IMG/VR virus record: IMGVR_UViG_3300010157_000060
Coordinates: 7,672 to 71,671 of that record
Strand: one strand, 5' to 3'
Length of the DNA stretch: 64,000 bases
DNA from: a virus
The notes beneath the pieces are model-generated. The model was not told where the DNA came from. It did not search any database and saw only the letters and a list, made by a program, of their open reading frames with translations. The translations under genes and the position numbers were made by a program. Below, one piece after another: positions 47,228-56,867 of the stretch. Every line of letters starts with the position of its first letter. The first letter of the stretch is position 1.

Positions 47228-48820
47228 ATGGCAGTACAGCTCTTCGGCTTTGAGATCAAAAGAAAAGATGAAGAACCACTAGAGTCCTTTGCTCCAGAGA
47301 TCAAAGACGACGGTGCAGTAATAGTAGCTGCAGGTGGAGCTTACGGAACATACATCGACTTAGACGGTACGGCCAGAACTGAAGCTGAGCTGGTAGCTAA
47401 GTACAGAGAGATCTCCCTACAACCAGAACTAGAGATGGCGATCGACGACATCGTCAACGAGGCGATCGACACCGACGCCGACAAAGTAGTGCAGATCAAC
47501 CTCGACAACATCGAGTACTCCGACCAGATAAAGAACAAGATCACAGAGGAGTTCACCACGATCCTGCAGATGCTCAACTTCCAGAACGAAGCATACGAGA
47601 CCTTCAAGAGGTGGTACGTAGATGGTAGGATGTACTACCACATCATCATCGACGAGAATAACCCAAGAGCTGGCATTCAAGAGCTTCGCTACTTAGATCC
47701 TAGGAAGATCAGGAAAGTTCGCGAAGTAAAGAAGACCCCGAAAGGTCCAATAGTTGTCCAGCAGACGAAGAGGGAGTACTACGTCTACTCTGACAGGAGC
47801 TTCGTTACTACACCCGGAAATGCTGGCATCGCGCAGGATAACAGCGCAACTGGCGGTCTGAGGATCTCAGTTGACTCCATCCTACACATTACGTCTGGCC
47901 TGATGGACAAGAACAACCAGATGGTCTACTCCTACATACAGAAAGCCATCAAGCCTCTCAACCAGCTCAGGACACTAGAGGACGCGACGGTCATCTACCG
48001 CATCTCACGTGCACCAGAGCGCCGCATATTCTACATCGACGTTGGTAACCTACCAAAAGTAAAAGCTGAGCAGTACCTCAGGGACATGATGGTCAAGCAC
48101 AAGAACCGCTTGGTCTACGACGCCGTCACGGGCGAAGTGCGGGATGATCGCAAGTACATGACGATGCTAGAGGACTACTGGCTTCCGAGAAGGGACGGCA
48201 ACAAGGGTACTGAGATCACGACGTTGCCTGCTGGTCAGAACCTCGGTGAGATGGCGGACGTGGAGTACTTCCAGAAGAAGCTCTTCCAGTCTCTCAATGT
48301 TCCCGTGTCTAGGTTGAACCAAGAGACGGTTGGAATCTTGGGTAGGTCATCTGAGATCTCAAGGGACGAGGTGAAGTTCACTAAGTTCGTTGGTAGGCTA
48401 CGTCGTAGGTTCTCGCACCTGTTCATGAAAGCTCTCGAGAAGCAGCTGGTGCTGAAGGGAGTTGTATCTGAGGAGGACTGGAAAGTCCTACAGAACCAGA
48501 TAACATTCGACTTCACGACTGACAACCACTTCGAGGAGTTCAAGAACACCGAGATCATCACCAACAGGATACAGACGCTGAACCAAGTCATGCCGTACAT
48601 CGGTAGGTACTACTCGGATCTATGGGTCAGGAAGAACATTCTAAAGCAGACTGACCAAGAGATCGCTGAGATGATGGATGAGATGTCAACAGAGAAGATC
48701 CCGCTAGCTCCACCAGTTGAGCAGGGAATAGCGCCTCCACCACCTCCGGTAGCTAATAGACCTGATGTACCAGAGAAGCCAACTGGCCCTGCTGTGCCGG
48801 GGCAAGGTGACGCTTACTAA
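47228..48820 (+). CDS. gp20: Portal protein gp20
   Basis: WYVDGRMYYH, YRISRAPERRIFYIDVGNLP, EDYWLPRR, GTEITTLP. Confidence 0.97.
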   Translation: MAVQLFGFEIKRKDEEPLESFAPEIKDDGAVIVAAGGAYGTYIDLDGTARTEAELVAKYREISLQPELEMAIDDIVNEAIDTDADKVVQINLDNIEYSDQIKNKITEEFTTILQMLNFQNEAYETFKRWYVDGRMYYHIIIDENNPRAGIQELRYLDPRKIRKVREVKKTPKGPIVVQQTKREYYVYSDRSFVTTPGNAGIAQDNSATGGLRISVDSILHITSGLMDKNNQMVYSYIQKAIKPLNQLRTLEDATVIYRISRAPERRIFYIDVGNLPKVKAEQYLRDMMVKHKNRLVYDAVTGEVRDDRKYMTMLEDYWLPRRDGNKGTEITTLPAGQNLGEMADVEYFQKKLFQSLNVPVSRLNQETVGILGRSSEISRDEVKFTKFVGRLRRRFSHLFMKALEKQLVLKGVVSEEDWKVLQNQITFDFTTDNHFEEFKNTEIITNRIQTLNQVMPYIGRYYSDLWVRKNILKQTDQEIAEMMDEMSTEKIPLAPPVEQGIAPPPPPVANRPDVPEKPTGPAVPGQGDAY

Positions 48821-48822
48821 TT

Positions 48823-48830
48823 TATAAATA
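48823..48830 (+). promoter_or_regulatory. T4-type late promoter
   Basis: TATAAATA after the gp20 stop; SD GGAGGA follows. Confidence 0.8.
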
Positions 48831-48855
48831 TAATTATTAGATTTTTGGAGGAATT

Positions 48856-49092
48856 ATGACTACAGTTACTGATATCTTTAATAGCGCTATCAACAAGGAC
48901 GCAGTGTCTCTTAAAGCTGCGATCGACGACATCATGACAGCTAAGGCGGCAGAGGCCGTCGACCAGATGTTCCCAGATGTGGCAGCTAGCTTGTTCGGTG
49001 CGACTAACGGTGAAGTAGAAGATTCCGAAGATTCAGAAGATCAAGATATCTCAGACACCGAAGAACAGGAACAGCAAGATGAGCATGTATGA
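48856..49092 (+). CDS. Small acidic prohead core protein (gp67 position)
   Basis: 78 aa with a very acidic tail, directly after the portal gene as gp67 is in T4. Confidence 0.6.
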   Translation: MTTVTDIFNSAINKDAVSLKAAIDDIMTAKAAEAVDQMFPDVAASLFGATNGEVEDSEDSEDQDISDTEEQEQQDEHV

Positions 49093-51655
49093 TAAGCTAA
49101 AGAGGACTCTAGCTGAAGTATCGCAACCTCTCTCAAAAGGAGAGAAGAACTTCAAGGCTCTTCACAAGATCGACTACAAGAACGTAGTTCCCGGTGTGAC
49201 TGATCAAGATCACATCTTCAACGGTAACAAGCGCAGGGAAGACCCTAAGTCAGCTTCATATGAGAACTTCAGGGACGACGATGAGTCAGTAGAGGCCTAC
49301 GATCAGGACTTAAAGGTCAATGAGACTCCGGACACCGACGTTGACGTTAGCGAGGCAACTCTATCAGCTAAAGCTGCTCGTGCCGGAAAAGATATAGGAA
49401 AGCCGGGGAAAGAGTTCCACAAGATCGCAGCAAAAGCTGGAAAGAAGTACGGATCAAAGGCAGCGGGTGAGAGGGTAGCCGGAGCTATACTCGCTAAGAT
49501 GCGCGCTAAGAAGATGCGCAGAGAAGAAGCTGAACTAGAAGAAGCTCTCGGCACTATCGACAACATGAAGAAGGCAACTAAGTTCGGTGCCTCTAACATC
49601 TCTAAGATGGATAGAGAAGAGAAGCAGAGAAAAGCCGCGCGGCCGACTAACTCAGGTAGTCTCCAGCACAGGAGCGCAAAAACATCTCCAGTAAAGACCG
49701 GAATGACCAGAGAAGAAGCTGAGCTCGATGAAGCGGCCGGCCGCACTGATACTTACATCGGAACTATTCATAAAGATGATCCGGACTATGACAAGAAGCT
49801 CTCAGCTATGAAGAGCAAAGCCGTCGGTGGTCATAGGGTCCGCGGGCGCGCTCCTCTTGATAAGTACAAGCACCTCTACCAAAAAAGTGGAGAGCTGCAC
49901 CGTCACTCATCTCAAGACATCAAGCCAGAGCACAGCGCGAGAGTAGACGTCTACTCCCGTAAGCCAATGAAAGAAGCTAGTATGAGTCACTCTCTTGGTG
50001 ATCATGATTCTCTTAGGAAGTACGCTCATGAGCACGGCGGTATTGACAGAGAAGACATGCTTCAAGCTGCACATCACATTGAGCACGGCCAGCATGAGGG
50101 GCTAAAGAGTAAGCTTCGCAAGATGGACACTGATCCACGCGACTTCGTTCTCGGCCACGTTCACAAGAAGCACTGGTCTGGTCTCGGCTACACTCCAATG
50201 AGAGAAGAAGCTGAGCAGGTCGATGAGGTATTGACGAAGAAGACTCCAGCAGGCGAGTGGATCCACGATTTCCAGAAATCAAAGAACCCAAAGTTCGCTG
50301 GTAAGTCTCCAGAGAAGCGCAAGCAGATGGCTCTAGCTGCTTACTACGCTAAGAAGCGCAATGAGGGCTATGCTCCAGATCCAAAGCCAAAGCTAACTCC
50401 AGATGATGCTAAGAAGCTATCCAAAGTCCATGATATGATGCAGAGAGAAAGGGACTTAGCAGCTAAGAAGAAGCTAAAGAAAGAATCGTATATTCCTGAA
50501 AGCGACGACTGGGAAGGTCGCATGTCAAAGACTGAGCTGTCGGCTATCAGGGACAAAGCATCTAAGCTGATCAGCATGATCAACGACTCAGATGACCTCG
50601 AGGCATGGGTGCAGTCAAAGATCTCCTATGCTAAAGTCCAGCTCGACGGCGTCTATGACTACATGACGTACAGCGGTGAGCACAAGTCACCTTCGGACAG
50701 CTCAAGCGACTACGATCAGTCAGGACAGATGGCATCTAACTACGGGAACTTCATGAACCGCATGGGTGAGGAAGTAGAGCTAGACGAAGCAAAGCGCGGA
50801 AGGCCACGCAAGAACGCATCTTCATCAGACTCAGAAGTTGAAGGTGGAGCTGACATGCACCCAATGATGCAGGCTCGCAAGGCCATATCACTTCGCGGTC
50901 AGCACACGTTCACACATAAGTCAGGAGAGAGCTACAAGATGGAGCCATCTATGGCCCACAAGATCCTAGCTCATCATGATAACCTAAAGACCACGGCCCA
51001 GAAGCAGGAGTTCTCTGATAGGGTAGCTCACAGCAAAGCCGAGATGAACAACGCTCTTGCTGGAAAGCCGGCTGCAAAGAAGCCGAGAGTATCACTTGGC
51101 TCAATGAAAATGAAAGAGTCTCTTCAATCCGACAAGGGACCTTTCAAGATGATGCTCTCTACTGGAGCAGATGGTAAGCCGAAGTTCATCAAGAGATCAA
51201 AGGACAGAAAAGAGATAGCTGTCGAGGAGCTCATCGGTGGTCAGAAGAAGCTCGACAAGAACCACAACGGTAAGCTCGATAAGATGGACTTCAAGCTTCT
51301 TAGAAAAAAGAAGAAGATGATGGAAGCTGAGGAGATGACTGCTGCCAACGTAGCTAAGGCTGCCGCTACTCAGACTAAGTTCGGCGTCGTTGGTGATCGC
51401 AACATGCAGCAGGACAGCGTTGATAAGATCTCCAAGGATGTACAAGCATCTGACATCAAGGTAAAGCTGCCTCCTACTCAGGGCAACAAGCCGATCGGTG
51501 GAGACACCCAGACTCACCCAGAGATGGCCGAGTCGGTATTAAATAAGCTATACGATACACTATCTTTAGAGAACAGAGCTAAGTTTGACGTGATGATGGG
51601 GTCGCAAGACGGCATCGACACTCTTCTAGCATTTGCAGAGGAGCATGGAATCTAA
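49079..51655 (+). CDS. Large modular prohead core/internal protein (gp68 position)
   Basis: 858 aa between gp20 and gp21. Basic modules are separated by EE-x-E-(L/V)-(D/E)-E-type linkers; includes AT-hook KRGRPRK and EF-hand-like DKNHNGKLDKMD. Confidence 0.65.
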   Translation: MSMYDKLKRTLAEVSQPLSKGEKNFKALHKIDYKNVVPGVTDQDHIFNGNKRREDPKSASYENFRDDDESVEAYDQDLKVNETPDTDVDVSEATLSAKAARAGKDIGKPGKEFHKIAAKAGKKYGSKAAGERVAGAILAKMRAKKMRREEAELEEALGTIDNMKKATKFGASNISKMDREEKQRKAARPTNSGSLQHRSAKTSPVKTGMTREEAELDEAAGRTDTYIGTIHKDDPDYDKKLSAMKSKAVGGHRVRGRAPLDKYKHLYQKSGELHRHSSQDIKPEHSARVDVYSRKPMKEASMSHSLGDHDSLRKYAHEHGGIDREDMLQAAHHIEHGQHEGLKSKLRKMDTDPRDFVLGHVHKKHWSGLGYTPMREEAEQVDEVLTKKTPAGEWIHDFQKSKNPKFAGKSPEKRKQMALAAYYAKKRNEGYAPDPKPKLTPDDAKKLSKVHDMMQRERDLAAKKKLKKESYIPESDDWEGRMSKTELSAIRDKASKLISMINDSDDLEAWVQSKISYAKVQLDGVYDYMTYSGEHKSPSDSSSDYDQSGQMASNYGNFMNRMGEEVELDEAKRGRPRKNASSSDSEVEGGADMHPMMQARKAISLRGQHTFTHKSGESYKMEPSMAHKILAHHDNLKTTAQKQEFSDRVAHSKAEMNNALAGKPAAKKPRVSLGSMKMKESLQSDKGPFKMMLSTGADGKPKFIKRSKDRKEIAVEELIGGQKKLDKNHNGKLDKMDFKLLRKKKKMMEAEEMTAANVAKAAATQTKFGVVGDRNMQQDSVDKISKDVQASDIKVKLPPTQGNKPIGGDTQTHPEMAESVLNKLYDTLSLENRAKFDVMMGSQDGIDTLLAFAEEHGI

Positions 51656-51927
51656 TGGCATCGATATTAAAAGTTCTAGGAACTGAACGTGCCTGTAATA
51701 CACAGGCTAACTCATACTCTTCCGGAAACCTAGTAAGAATTACACATGCAGGAGCAATTACCACGTATCATACGGTGACTTGCAAGGACTCTGGTGGAAA
51801 CGCTCTATGGACCTGTTCGATAGTTGGAGGCCAAGAGATCTTTGTTGTTAAGAACCCAGCAGACACACTCGAGACAGAAGATACAGGTACTTCTGTAAGG
51901 GCTGTCCCAGTAGCGTATAGGAACTAA
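51655..51927 (+). CDS. Hypothetical small beta-rich protein in the head cluster
   Basis: 90-aa ORF coupled to both neighbours. Confidence 0.6.
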   Translation: MASILKVLGTERACNTQANSYSSGNLVRITHAGAITTYHTVTCKDSGGNALWTCSIVGGQEIFVVKNPADTLETEDTGTSVRAVPVAYRN

Positions 51928-51928
51928 G

Positions 51929-52588
51929 ATGAAACTCATTACGGAACTCAACGAGCAGATCAAGTTCGTAACAGAAGAGGGCGTAGAGGGAAAGAAGAAC
52001 CTCTACATCCACGGCCCGTTCATACAGACTGAGGTAAAGAACAGGAACGGTCGCATGTATCGCAATGAGTCCGTGGCAAAAGAAGTAAAGAGGTACAACG
52101 AGGACTATGTCCAGAAAGGGCGCGCTCTCGGAGAGCTCGGTCATCCAGAAGGCCCGTCAATCAACCTCGACAGGGTATCACATAAGATCGTCAGCTTAGT
52201 TCCAGAGGGAAATGACTTCATAGGTAAAGCACAGATCTTGGATACACCTATGGGCCAGATCGCTAGGAACCTCATCGAGTCCGGCGTTCAGCTGGGCGTC
52301 TCCACTCGCGGTATGGGATCACTCAAAGAAGTCAACGGTGTACACGTAGTTCAAGATGACTTCTACTTAGCAACTGCAGGCGACATCGTTGCTGACCCAT
52401 CTGCCCCAAACGCTTTCGTGAATGGTATCATGGAGGGCGTTGAGTGGGTATGGGACAACGGTATGCTTAAGGCCCAAGAGCTTGAGAAAGCCAAGAAGCA
52501 CATCGAGGAAGCTGCGAGAAAAGTCAGCAAAAAAGAGCTACAAGAAGCGCAACTCAGAGTCTTCCAGCATTTCATTTCAAATCTTTAA
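51929..52588 (+). CDS. gp21: Prohead protease gp21
   Basis: KNRNGRMY, ALGELGHP, GVSTRGMGS, DIVADPSAPNA. Confidence 0.96.
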   Translation: MKLITELNEQIKFVTEEGVEGKKNLYIHGPFIQTEVKNRNGRMYRNESVAKEVKRYNEDYVQKGRALGELGHPEGPSINLDRVSHKIVSLVPEGNDFIGKAQILDTPMGQIARNLIESGVQLGVSTRGMGSLKEVNGVHVVQDDFYLATAGDIVADPSAPNAFVNGIMEGVEWVWDNGMLKAQELEKAKKHIEEAARKVSKKELQEAQLRVFQHFISNL

Positions 52589-52592
52589 GATT

Positions 52593-52600
52593 TATAAATA
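52593..52600 (+). promoter_or_regulatory. T4-type late promoter
   Basis: TATAAATA before gp22; SD AGGAG. Confidence 0.8.
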
Positions 52601-52627
52601 CTTTAGAAAACCACAGGAGTTTATTCA

Positions 52628-53671
52628 ATGTCTAACGAAGAATTAAACACAGAAGATCTTGAGAACGTAGCCGTTCAAGAAGACGCTTCTAATGCATCGT
52701 CAATTGAGACGAAGCCAACTATCTCTCGCTCAGACCTAATGAGGTCAATGGTAGCTTACGCTATTAAGATGGGCCCAGAAGAACTAGCCGACTTCGTGTC
52801 TCGCATCGGTTCCGCCGAAGAGATGACAAAGAGCAACGATGAGATCTACAACTCAACACAACAGACAACTGGTGACGCTTCCGGAAAGAACAAGGGCAGC
52901 ATCAACTCAGCTAGCGCTCCTTCAGAGCCAATGAAGAGTCTAGCTAAAGAGGACCTAGCTCTAGTGTTCGGTGACTCGCAGGACTTAACTGAAGAGTTCA
53001 AAGAAAAAGTAAGCACTATCTTCGAGGCAGCCGTTGAGACTAGGGTTGAACTCGAGAGAGTCAAGATCGAAGAAGAGATTGCAGAAGAAGCTGCTGAAGC
53101 TCTAACACAGATCCAAGAAGAGATGGAAGAGAACATTGACAACTACTTAAACTATGCAGTAGCGGAGTGGGTCTCTGAGAACAGGCTTTCTATAGAGGCC
53201 AACATCAAGACTGAGATGACTGAGTCGTTCTTAGCTGGTATGAAGTCGCTATTTGAAGACCACTACATCGATATCCCAGATGAAGATGTAAGCGTAGTAG
53301 AGTCTCTAGCTGCTCGTATCGAAGAGCTAGAAGGCATGATCAATGAGACAACTGAGAAGAACATTGAACTTTCCAAGATAGTATCTGAAAAGCAAGTTAA
53401 AGAAACTGCAGATAGCCTCTCTGAGGGTCTAACTGACACTCAAAAAGAGAAGTTCGCTAAGTTGATCGAGGCAGTGGATTACAACTCAGTTGGGGAGTTC
53501 ACTAAGAAAGCCAACATCATCAAGGAAACATATTTCACTAGCAAGAGTGACATCAAGGTATCACGAGATCAACTTCTAAGTGAGTCTGTCGATGAACCTG
53601 CTGCCCCTGAATATGTAGCTCCTGAGATGGCAGTTTATGTCAATTCACTATCTAGAACAGTCAAAAAGTAA
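52628..53671 (+). CDS. gp22: Prohead scaffold protein gp22
   Basis: LTEEFKEKVSTIFEAAV, IDNYLNYAVAEW, LFEDHYIDIP, GLTDTQKEKF. Confidence 0.93.
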   Translation: MSNEELNTEDLENVAVQEDASNASSIETKPTISRSDLMRSMVAYAIKMGPEELADFVSRIGSAEEMTKSNDEIYNSTQQTTGDASGKNKGSINSASAPSEPMKSLAKEDLALVFGDSQDLTEEFKEKVSTIFEAAVETRVELERVKIEEEIAEEAAEALTQIQEEMEENIDNYLNYAVAEWVSENRLSIEANIKTEMTESFLAGMKSLFEDHYIDIPDEDVSVVESLAARIEELEGMINETTEKNIELSKIVSEKQVKETADSLSEGLTDTQKEKFAKLIEAVDYNSVGEFTKKANIIKETYFTSKSDIKVSRDQLLSESVDEPAAPEYVAPEMAVYVNSLSRTVKK

Positions 53672-53675
53672 TTTT

Positions 53676-53683
53676 TATAAATA
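53676..53683 (+). promoter_or_regulatory. T4-type late promoter
   Basis: TATAAATA before gp23; SD AAGGAG. Confidence 0.85.
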
Positions 53684-53714
53684 ATATACAAGCTCACTTA
53701 AAGGAGAGAGACAA

Positions 53715-55079
53715 ATGATTGGATTAAACGAACAACTGGTAGCTAAGTGGAAGCCAGTTCTTGAACATGGCGATCTACCAAAGATCACTGATCTTCACAG
53801 GCGCAATGTAACGGCTCAGATTCTTGAGAACACTGAGATCGCTCTTAGCCAAGAAGCTCACGCAATGAGCTACGGTTCACTGCAAGAGACTTCACCAACT
53901 AACTCGGCAGGTACTGGCGGTTTTGCTGGTGCAGGTGGTACTAGCGTTGCTGGTTACGACCCAATCCTCATCTCGCTAGTTCGTCGTGCAATGCCTAACC
54001 TCATCGCATACGACATCTGCGGCGTTCAGCCAATGACTGGTCCAACTGGACTCATCTTCGCAATGCGCTCCAACTACACTCAGCAGGGTGGAACTGAAGC
54101 GTTCTACAACGAAGCAAACACTGCGTTCTCATCACCTGGTATCTCCTCTGCGAATACTATCGGTAACAAGAACGTTGGTACAGTTCCTGGCTCGTCAGCT
54201 CAGACTACTGTCCTAGCTAACAGCAACATCTATAACTTCGGTGGTGGTGCTAATACTCAGCAGGCTGAAGCTCTCGGTTCGACCTCGAACGTGTCATTCG
54301 CTGAAATGGCGTTCTCGATTGACAAGCAGACTGTTACTGCTAAGTCACGCGCCCTCAAGGCTGAATACTCAATGGAACTCGCACAGGATCTTAAGGCAAT
54401 TCACGGCCTCGACGCTGAGACTGAATTGGCTAACATCCTTCAGTCAGAGATCCTCGCGGAAATCAACCGCGAAATTGTTCGCACCATCAACATCACTGCA
54501 CTACGCGGTGCTAACACTGGTACGACAACTCAGGGTATCTTCGACCTCGACACTGACTCAAACGGCCGCTGGTCAGTTGAGAAGTTCAAGGGTCTAATGT
54601 TCCAGATCGAGCGTGAAGCTAACCAGATCGCTAAGGACACTAGGCGTGGTAAGGGTAACGTCATCATCTGCTCTTCTGACGTAGCTTCTGCACTTCAGAT
54701 GGCCGGTGTTCTAGACTACGCCCCTGCACTAAACAGCAACAACCTTCAGGTTGACGATACTGGCAACACATTTGCTGGTGTACTCAACGGTCGCTTCAGG
54801 GTCTACATCGATCCATATACGACTGGTAACTACATGACTGTAGGCTACAAGGGTGCTAACGCATTCGACGCTGGTCTCTTCTACTGCCCATACGTTCCAC
54901 TTCAGATGGTACGCGCGGTTGGTCAAGATACATTCCAGCCAAAGATTGGATTTAAGACTCGCTACGGCATCGCTCCAAATCCATTCGCAAAGGGTACAAC
55001 TTCAGCATCAGCTACAGCAGCAGTCGAAGAAGACACGAACGTCTACTACCGTCGTGTTCTCGTCAACAACCTTCTCTGA
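53715..55079 (+). CDS. gp23: Major capsid protein gp23
   Basis: DICGVQPMTGPTGLIFAMR, KSRALKAEYSMELAQDLKAIHGLDAE, YCPYVPL, FQPKIGFKTRYG. Confidence 0.98.
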   Translation: MIGLNEQLVAKWKPVLEHGDLPKITDLHRRNVTAQILENTEIALSQEAHAMSYGSLQETSPTNSAGTGGFAGAGGTSVAGYDPILISLVRRAMPNLIAYDICGVQPMTGPTGLIFAMRSNYTQQGGTEAFYNEANTAFSSPGISSANTIGNKNVGTVPGSSAQTTVLANSNIYNFGGGANTQQAEALGSTSNVSFAEMAFSIDKQTVTAKSRALKAEYSMELAQDLKAIHGLDAETELANILQSEILAEINREIVRTINITALRGANTGTTTQGIFDLDTDSNGRWSVEKFKGLMFQIEREANQIAKDTRRGKGNVIICSSDVASALQMAGVLDYAPALNSNNLQVDDTGNTFAGVLNGRFRVYIDPYTTGNYMTVGYKGANAFDAGLFYCPYVPLQMVRAVGQDTFQPKIGFKTRYGIAPNPFAKGTTSASATAAVEEDTNVYYRRVLVNNLL

Positions 55080-55110
55080 TAAGAAGCCGGATCAAACCGG
55101 ACATAAGATT

Positions 55111-55136
55111 GGGGAGCCTTCGGGCTCCCCTTTTTT
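55111..55136 (+). terminator. Rho-independent terminator after gp23
   Basis: GGGGAGCC-TTCG-GGCTCCCC-TTTTTT, with the cUUCGg tetraloop typical of T4-like phages. Confidence 0.93.
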
Positions 55137-55140
55137 ATTC

Positions 55141-55347
55141 TTAGTCTTTTAGTTCTTCTTCCTCGATGTCGTCCTCCCAGTAGCGACAGTAGAAATTCTT
55201 ACCCAGATGATCGATCTCAGCTTGAGGGTAGCCCTGCTCGACCATCCACTCCATAGAACGATGCCTGTGCTCTTTGGGCAGGATCTTAGGGAACCCGTAC
55301 CTCCATCCAGAAGGTGGGTCGATCATCAGGACTCTAACTTTAGCCAT
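55141..55347 (-). CDS. Small hypothetical protein
   Basis: 68 aa (MIDPPSGWRYGFPK); SD AAGGAG and its own promoter on the minus strand. Confidence 0.7.
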   Translation of the reverse strand: MAKVRVLMIDPPSGWRYGFPKILPKEHRHRSMEWMVEQGYPQAEIDHLGKNFYCRYWEDDIEEEELKD

Positions 55348-55382
55348 CCAGTACTCCTTTCCACGTTCAATATCATATATGG

Positions 55383-55412
55383 ATTATACACAATCTGGCA
55401 TTAATGTACACA
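55383..55412 (-). promoter_or_regulatory. Leftward sigma70-like early promoter
   Basis: Minus strand reads TGTGTACA-N16-TATAAT, with TGTG immediately before the -10. Confidence 0.65.
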
Positions 55413-55469
55413 AGAAAATAAGCCTAATCTTCTCAATGGCTTATTTTTTTTCATTTTTTTGAAAAAAAC

Positions 55470-55500
55470 TGTGTACTTTTATTCCGATCTGGCTTATATT
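55470..55500 (+). promoter_or_regulatory. Rightward sigma70-like early promoter
   Basis: TGTGTACT-N17-TATATT, preceded by an A/T-tract (UP-element-like). Confidence 0.6.
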
Positions 55501-55530
55501 AATAATATAAGGAATGGAAAGGAACCCCAC

Positions 55531-55767
55531 ATGAACGTCCAAGATGCAATGGCCATGGCCTCCCGCTTAGAGTCGATTATCCGCCGGACCCGTACTTTTG
55601 CAAAGTCTCGTGACGAGGTCCTCGAGGAGATCCTGTTCGTAGTGGAGGATCTCCAGAACTACGCCGACCGGCTGGACGAGGCCCTCTACGCCGACTACTG
55701 CTCCGAAATGGAGTTAATCGAGAACTCCATGGAAGAAAAGCTGGTCAGCCGCGCAATTAGCTGTTGA
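55531..55767 (+). CDS. Small acidic hypothetical protein
   Basis: ATG at 55531 with SD AAGGA, downstream of the early promoter. Confidence 0.65.
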   Translation: MNVQDAMAMASRLESIIRRTRTFAKSRDEVLEEILFVVEDLQNYADRLDEALYADYCSEMELIENSMEEKLVSRAISC

Positions 55768-55792
55768 CATTTTATCAAAACTTTGATAAGAT
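55764..55792 (+). promoter_or_regulatory. Sigma70-type promoter
   Basis: TTGACA-N17-TAAGAT. Confidence 0.75.
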
Positions 55793-55819
55793 CTAGATAG
55801 TGGATAAGAGGATACACAA

Positions 55820-55930
55820 ATGGCACACGATCTCTACGTAGTTATCTCAGCTTACGCTGTTCCGCTCACCATCATGGTCACTGGCTTGACCGTCTGCGCT
55901 ATCTATGAATTCTTCTTCATGAAAGGCTGA
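55820..55930 (+). CDS. 36-aa single-pass membrane peptide (not in the ORF track)
   Basis: SD GAGGA, then MAHDLYVVISAYAVPLTIMVTGLTVCAIYEFFFMKG*; fills the gap between the promoter and the next gene. Confidence 0.65.
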   Translation: MAHDLYVVISAYAVPLTIMVTGLTVCAIYEFFFMKG

Positions 55931-55934
55931 TCTA

Positions 55935-56165
55935 ATGAACATCATCATCTCTGATATGGATATCCAAGATATCCTAGTTCGCTATCCAGAAGCTAAAGCT
56001 CTTCATGAGCAGATGATCCGCGAGTGCGACGACTACTACGAAGCGGAACTCGAGGAAGCTATATTTGAGACACTCGAGCGGTTCTTAGCTCCACGTCTCA
56101 GCGACATCGTAAAGAGCACCGCTGAGATGGTCAGGGAGAGCATGTCAGAGATGGTGGAGGGTTAA
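55935..56165 (+). CDS. Hypothetical protein
   Basis: 76-aa acidic ORF packed in the early operon. Confidence 0.6.
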   Translation: MNIIISDMDIQDILVRYPEAKALHEQMIRECDDYYEAELEEAIFETLERFLAPRLSDIVKSTAEMVRESMSEMVEG

Positions 56166-56166
56166 G

Positions 56167-56565
56167 ATGACGTCAGCTCGAGTCACTTTACCGGACGGTC
56201 ACTATCTCATAGGCGATCTCTGCTATCTCGATCAAGAAGATGCTGATGAGCTGTTCGCTGATTATCAGCCGGGCAGGGTTAGGACCCTTCACGATGGTCG
56301 CAAGTACGTCTATCTCAACACCGCGTACGGCGACGGCAGCTATCTAGATCAAGATGGTGACGACTACTACGTCGATAGCGGAACTATAGGCATTATCCAA
56401 TACGACACGGATGATCTCGCCGACGGCCCAATGGGCAGGTCAGTGTACTTTCCGAAGCCTTTCGAGGTATATGACGAGGACGGCGTTCTCCACTTCGGCG
56501 ATGTGGTCATTGACACCGTAGCTTCAGATGAGCATAACGAAGAAGATGATGGATATGAGATATGA
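56167..56565 (+). CDS. Acidic hypothetical phage protein
   Basis: YLIGDLCY, TAYGDGSY, VDSGTIGII; SD GGAGG. Confidence 0.65.
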   Translation: MTSARVTLPDGHYLIGDLCYLDQEDADELFADYQPGRVRTLHDGRKYVYLNTAYGDGSYLDQDGDDYYVDSGTIGIIQYDTDDLADGPMGRSVYFPKPFEVYDEDGVLHFGDVVIDTVASDEHNEEDDGYEI

Positions 56566-56867
56566 ATAAGAGAGCGCTAGTGACTGATCGCGTGCCTTCA
56601 CAAACACTCGAGAACTGGGTAGATGACTTATCTGTCGCAGAGCAGCGCGTGATACATGCCGAGCGTAAAGCCAGACTCTTAGAAGAGGGTCCCGGCGGCA
56701 TCATGGAGATGAAGCAGACCATCGCGAACCTCGAGCGGTACCGCGAATTCGTGTGGGCATTCTACAACGAGCCCATGGAGATGAGCTACGAAAAGATAGC
56801 GCTGCAGCTGCGATACTGGAAGTTGAATGCGGCTAAGCTTATGGATGAAGTGGAGAGAGACCAATGA
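56562..56867 (+). CDS. Hypothetical protein
   Basis: ATGA overlaps with both neighbours. Confidence 0.6.
   Translation: MNKRALVTDRVPSQTLENWVDDLSVAEQRVIHAERKARLLEEGPGGIMEMKQTIANLERYREFVWAFYNEPMEMSYEKIALQLRYWKLNAAKLMDEVERDQ

Noticed and set aside
55080-55530. tRNA or other structured RNA genes in intergenic gaps
   Set aside because: No cloverleaf or T-loop (GTTCGA) context found; gaps are short and explained by promoters and terminators.
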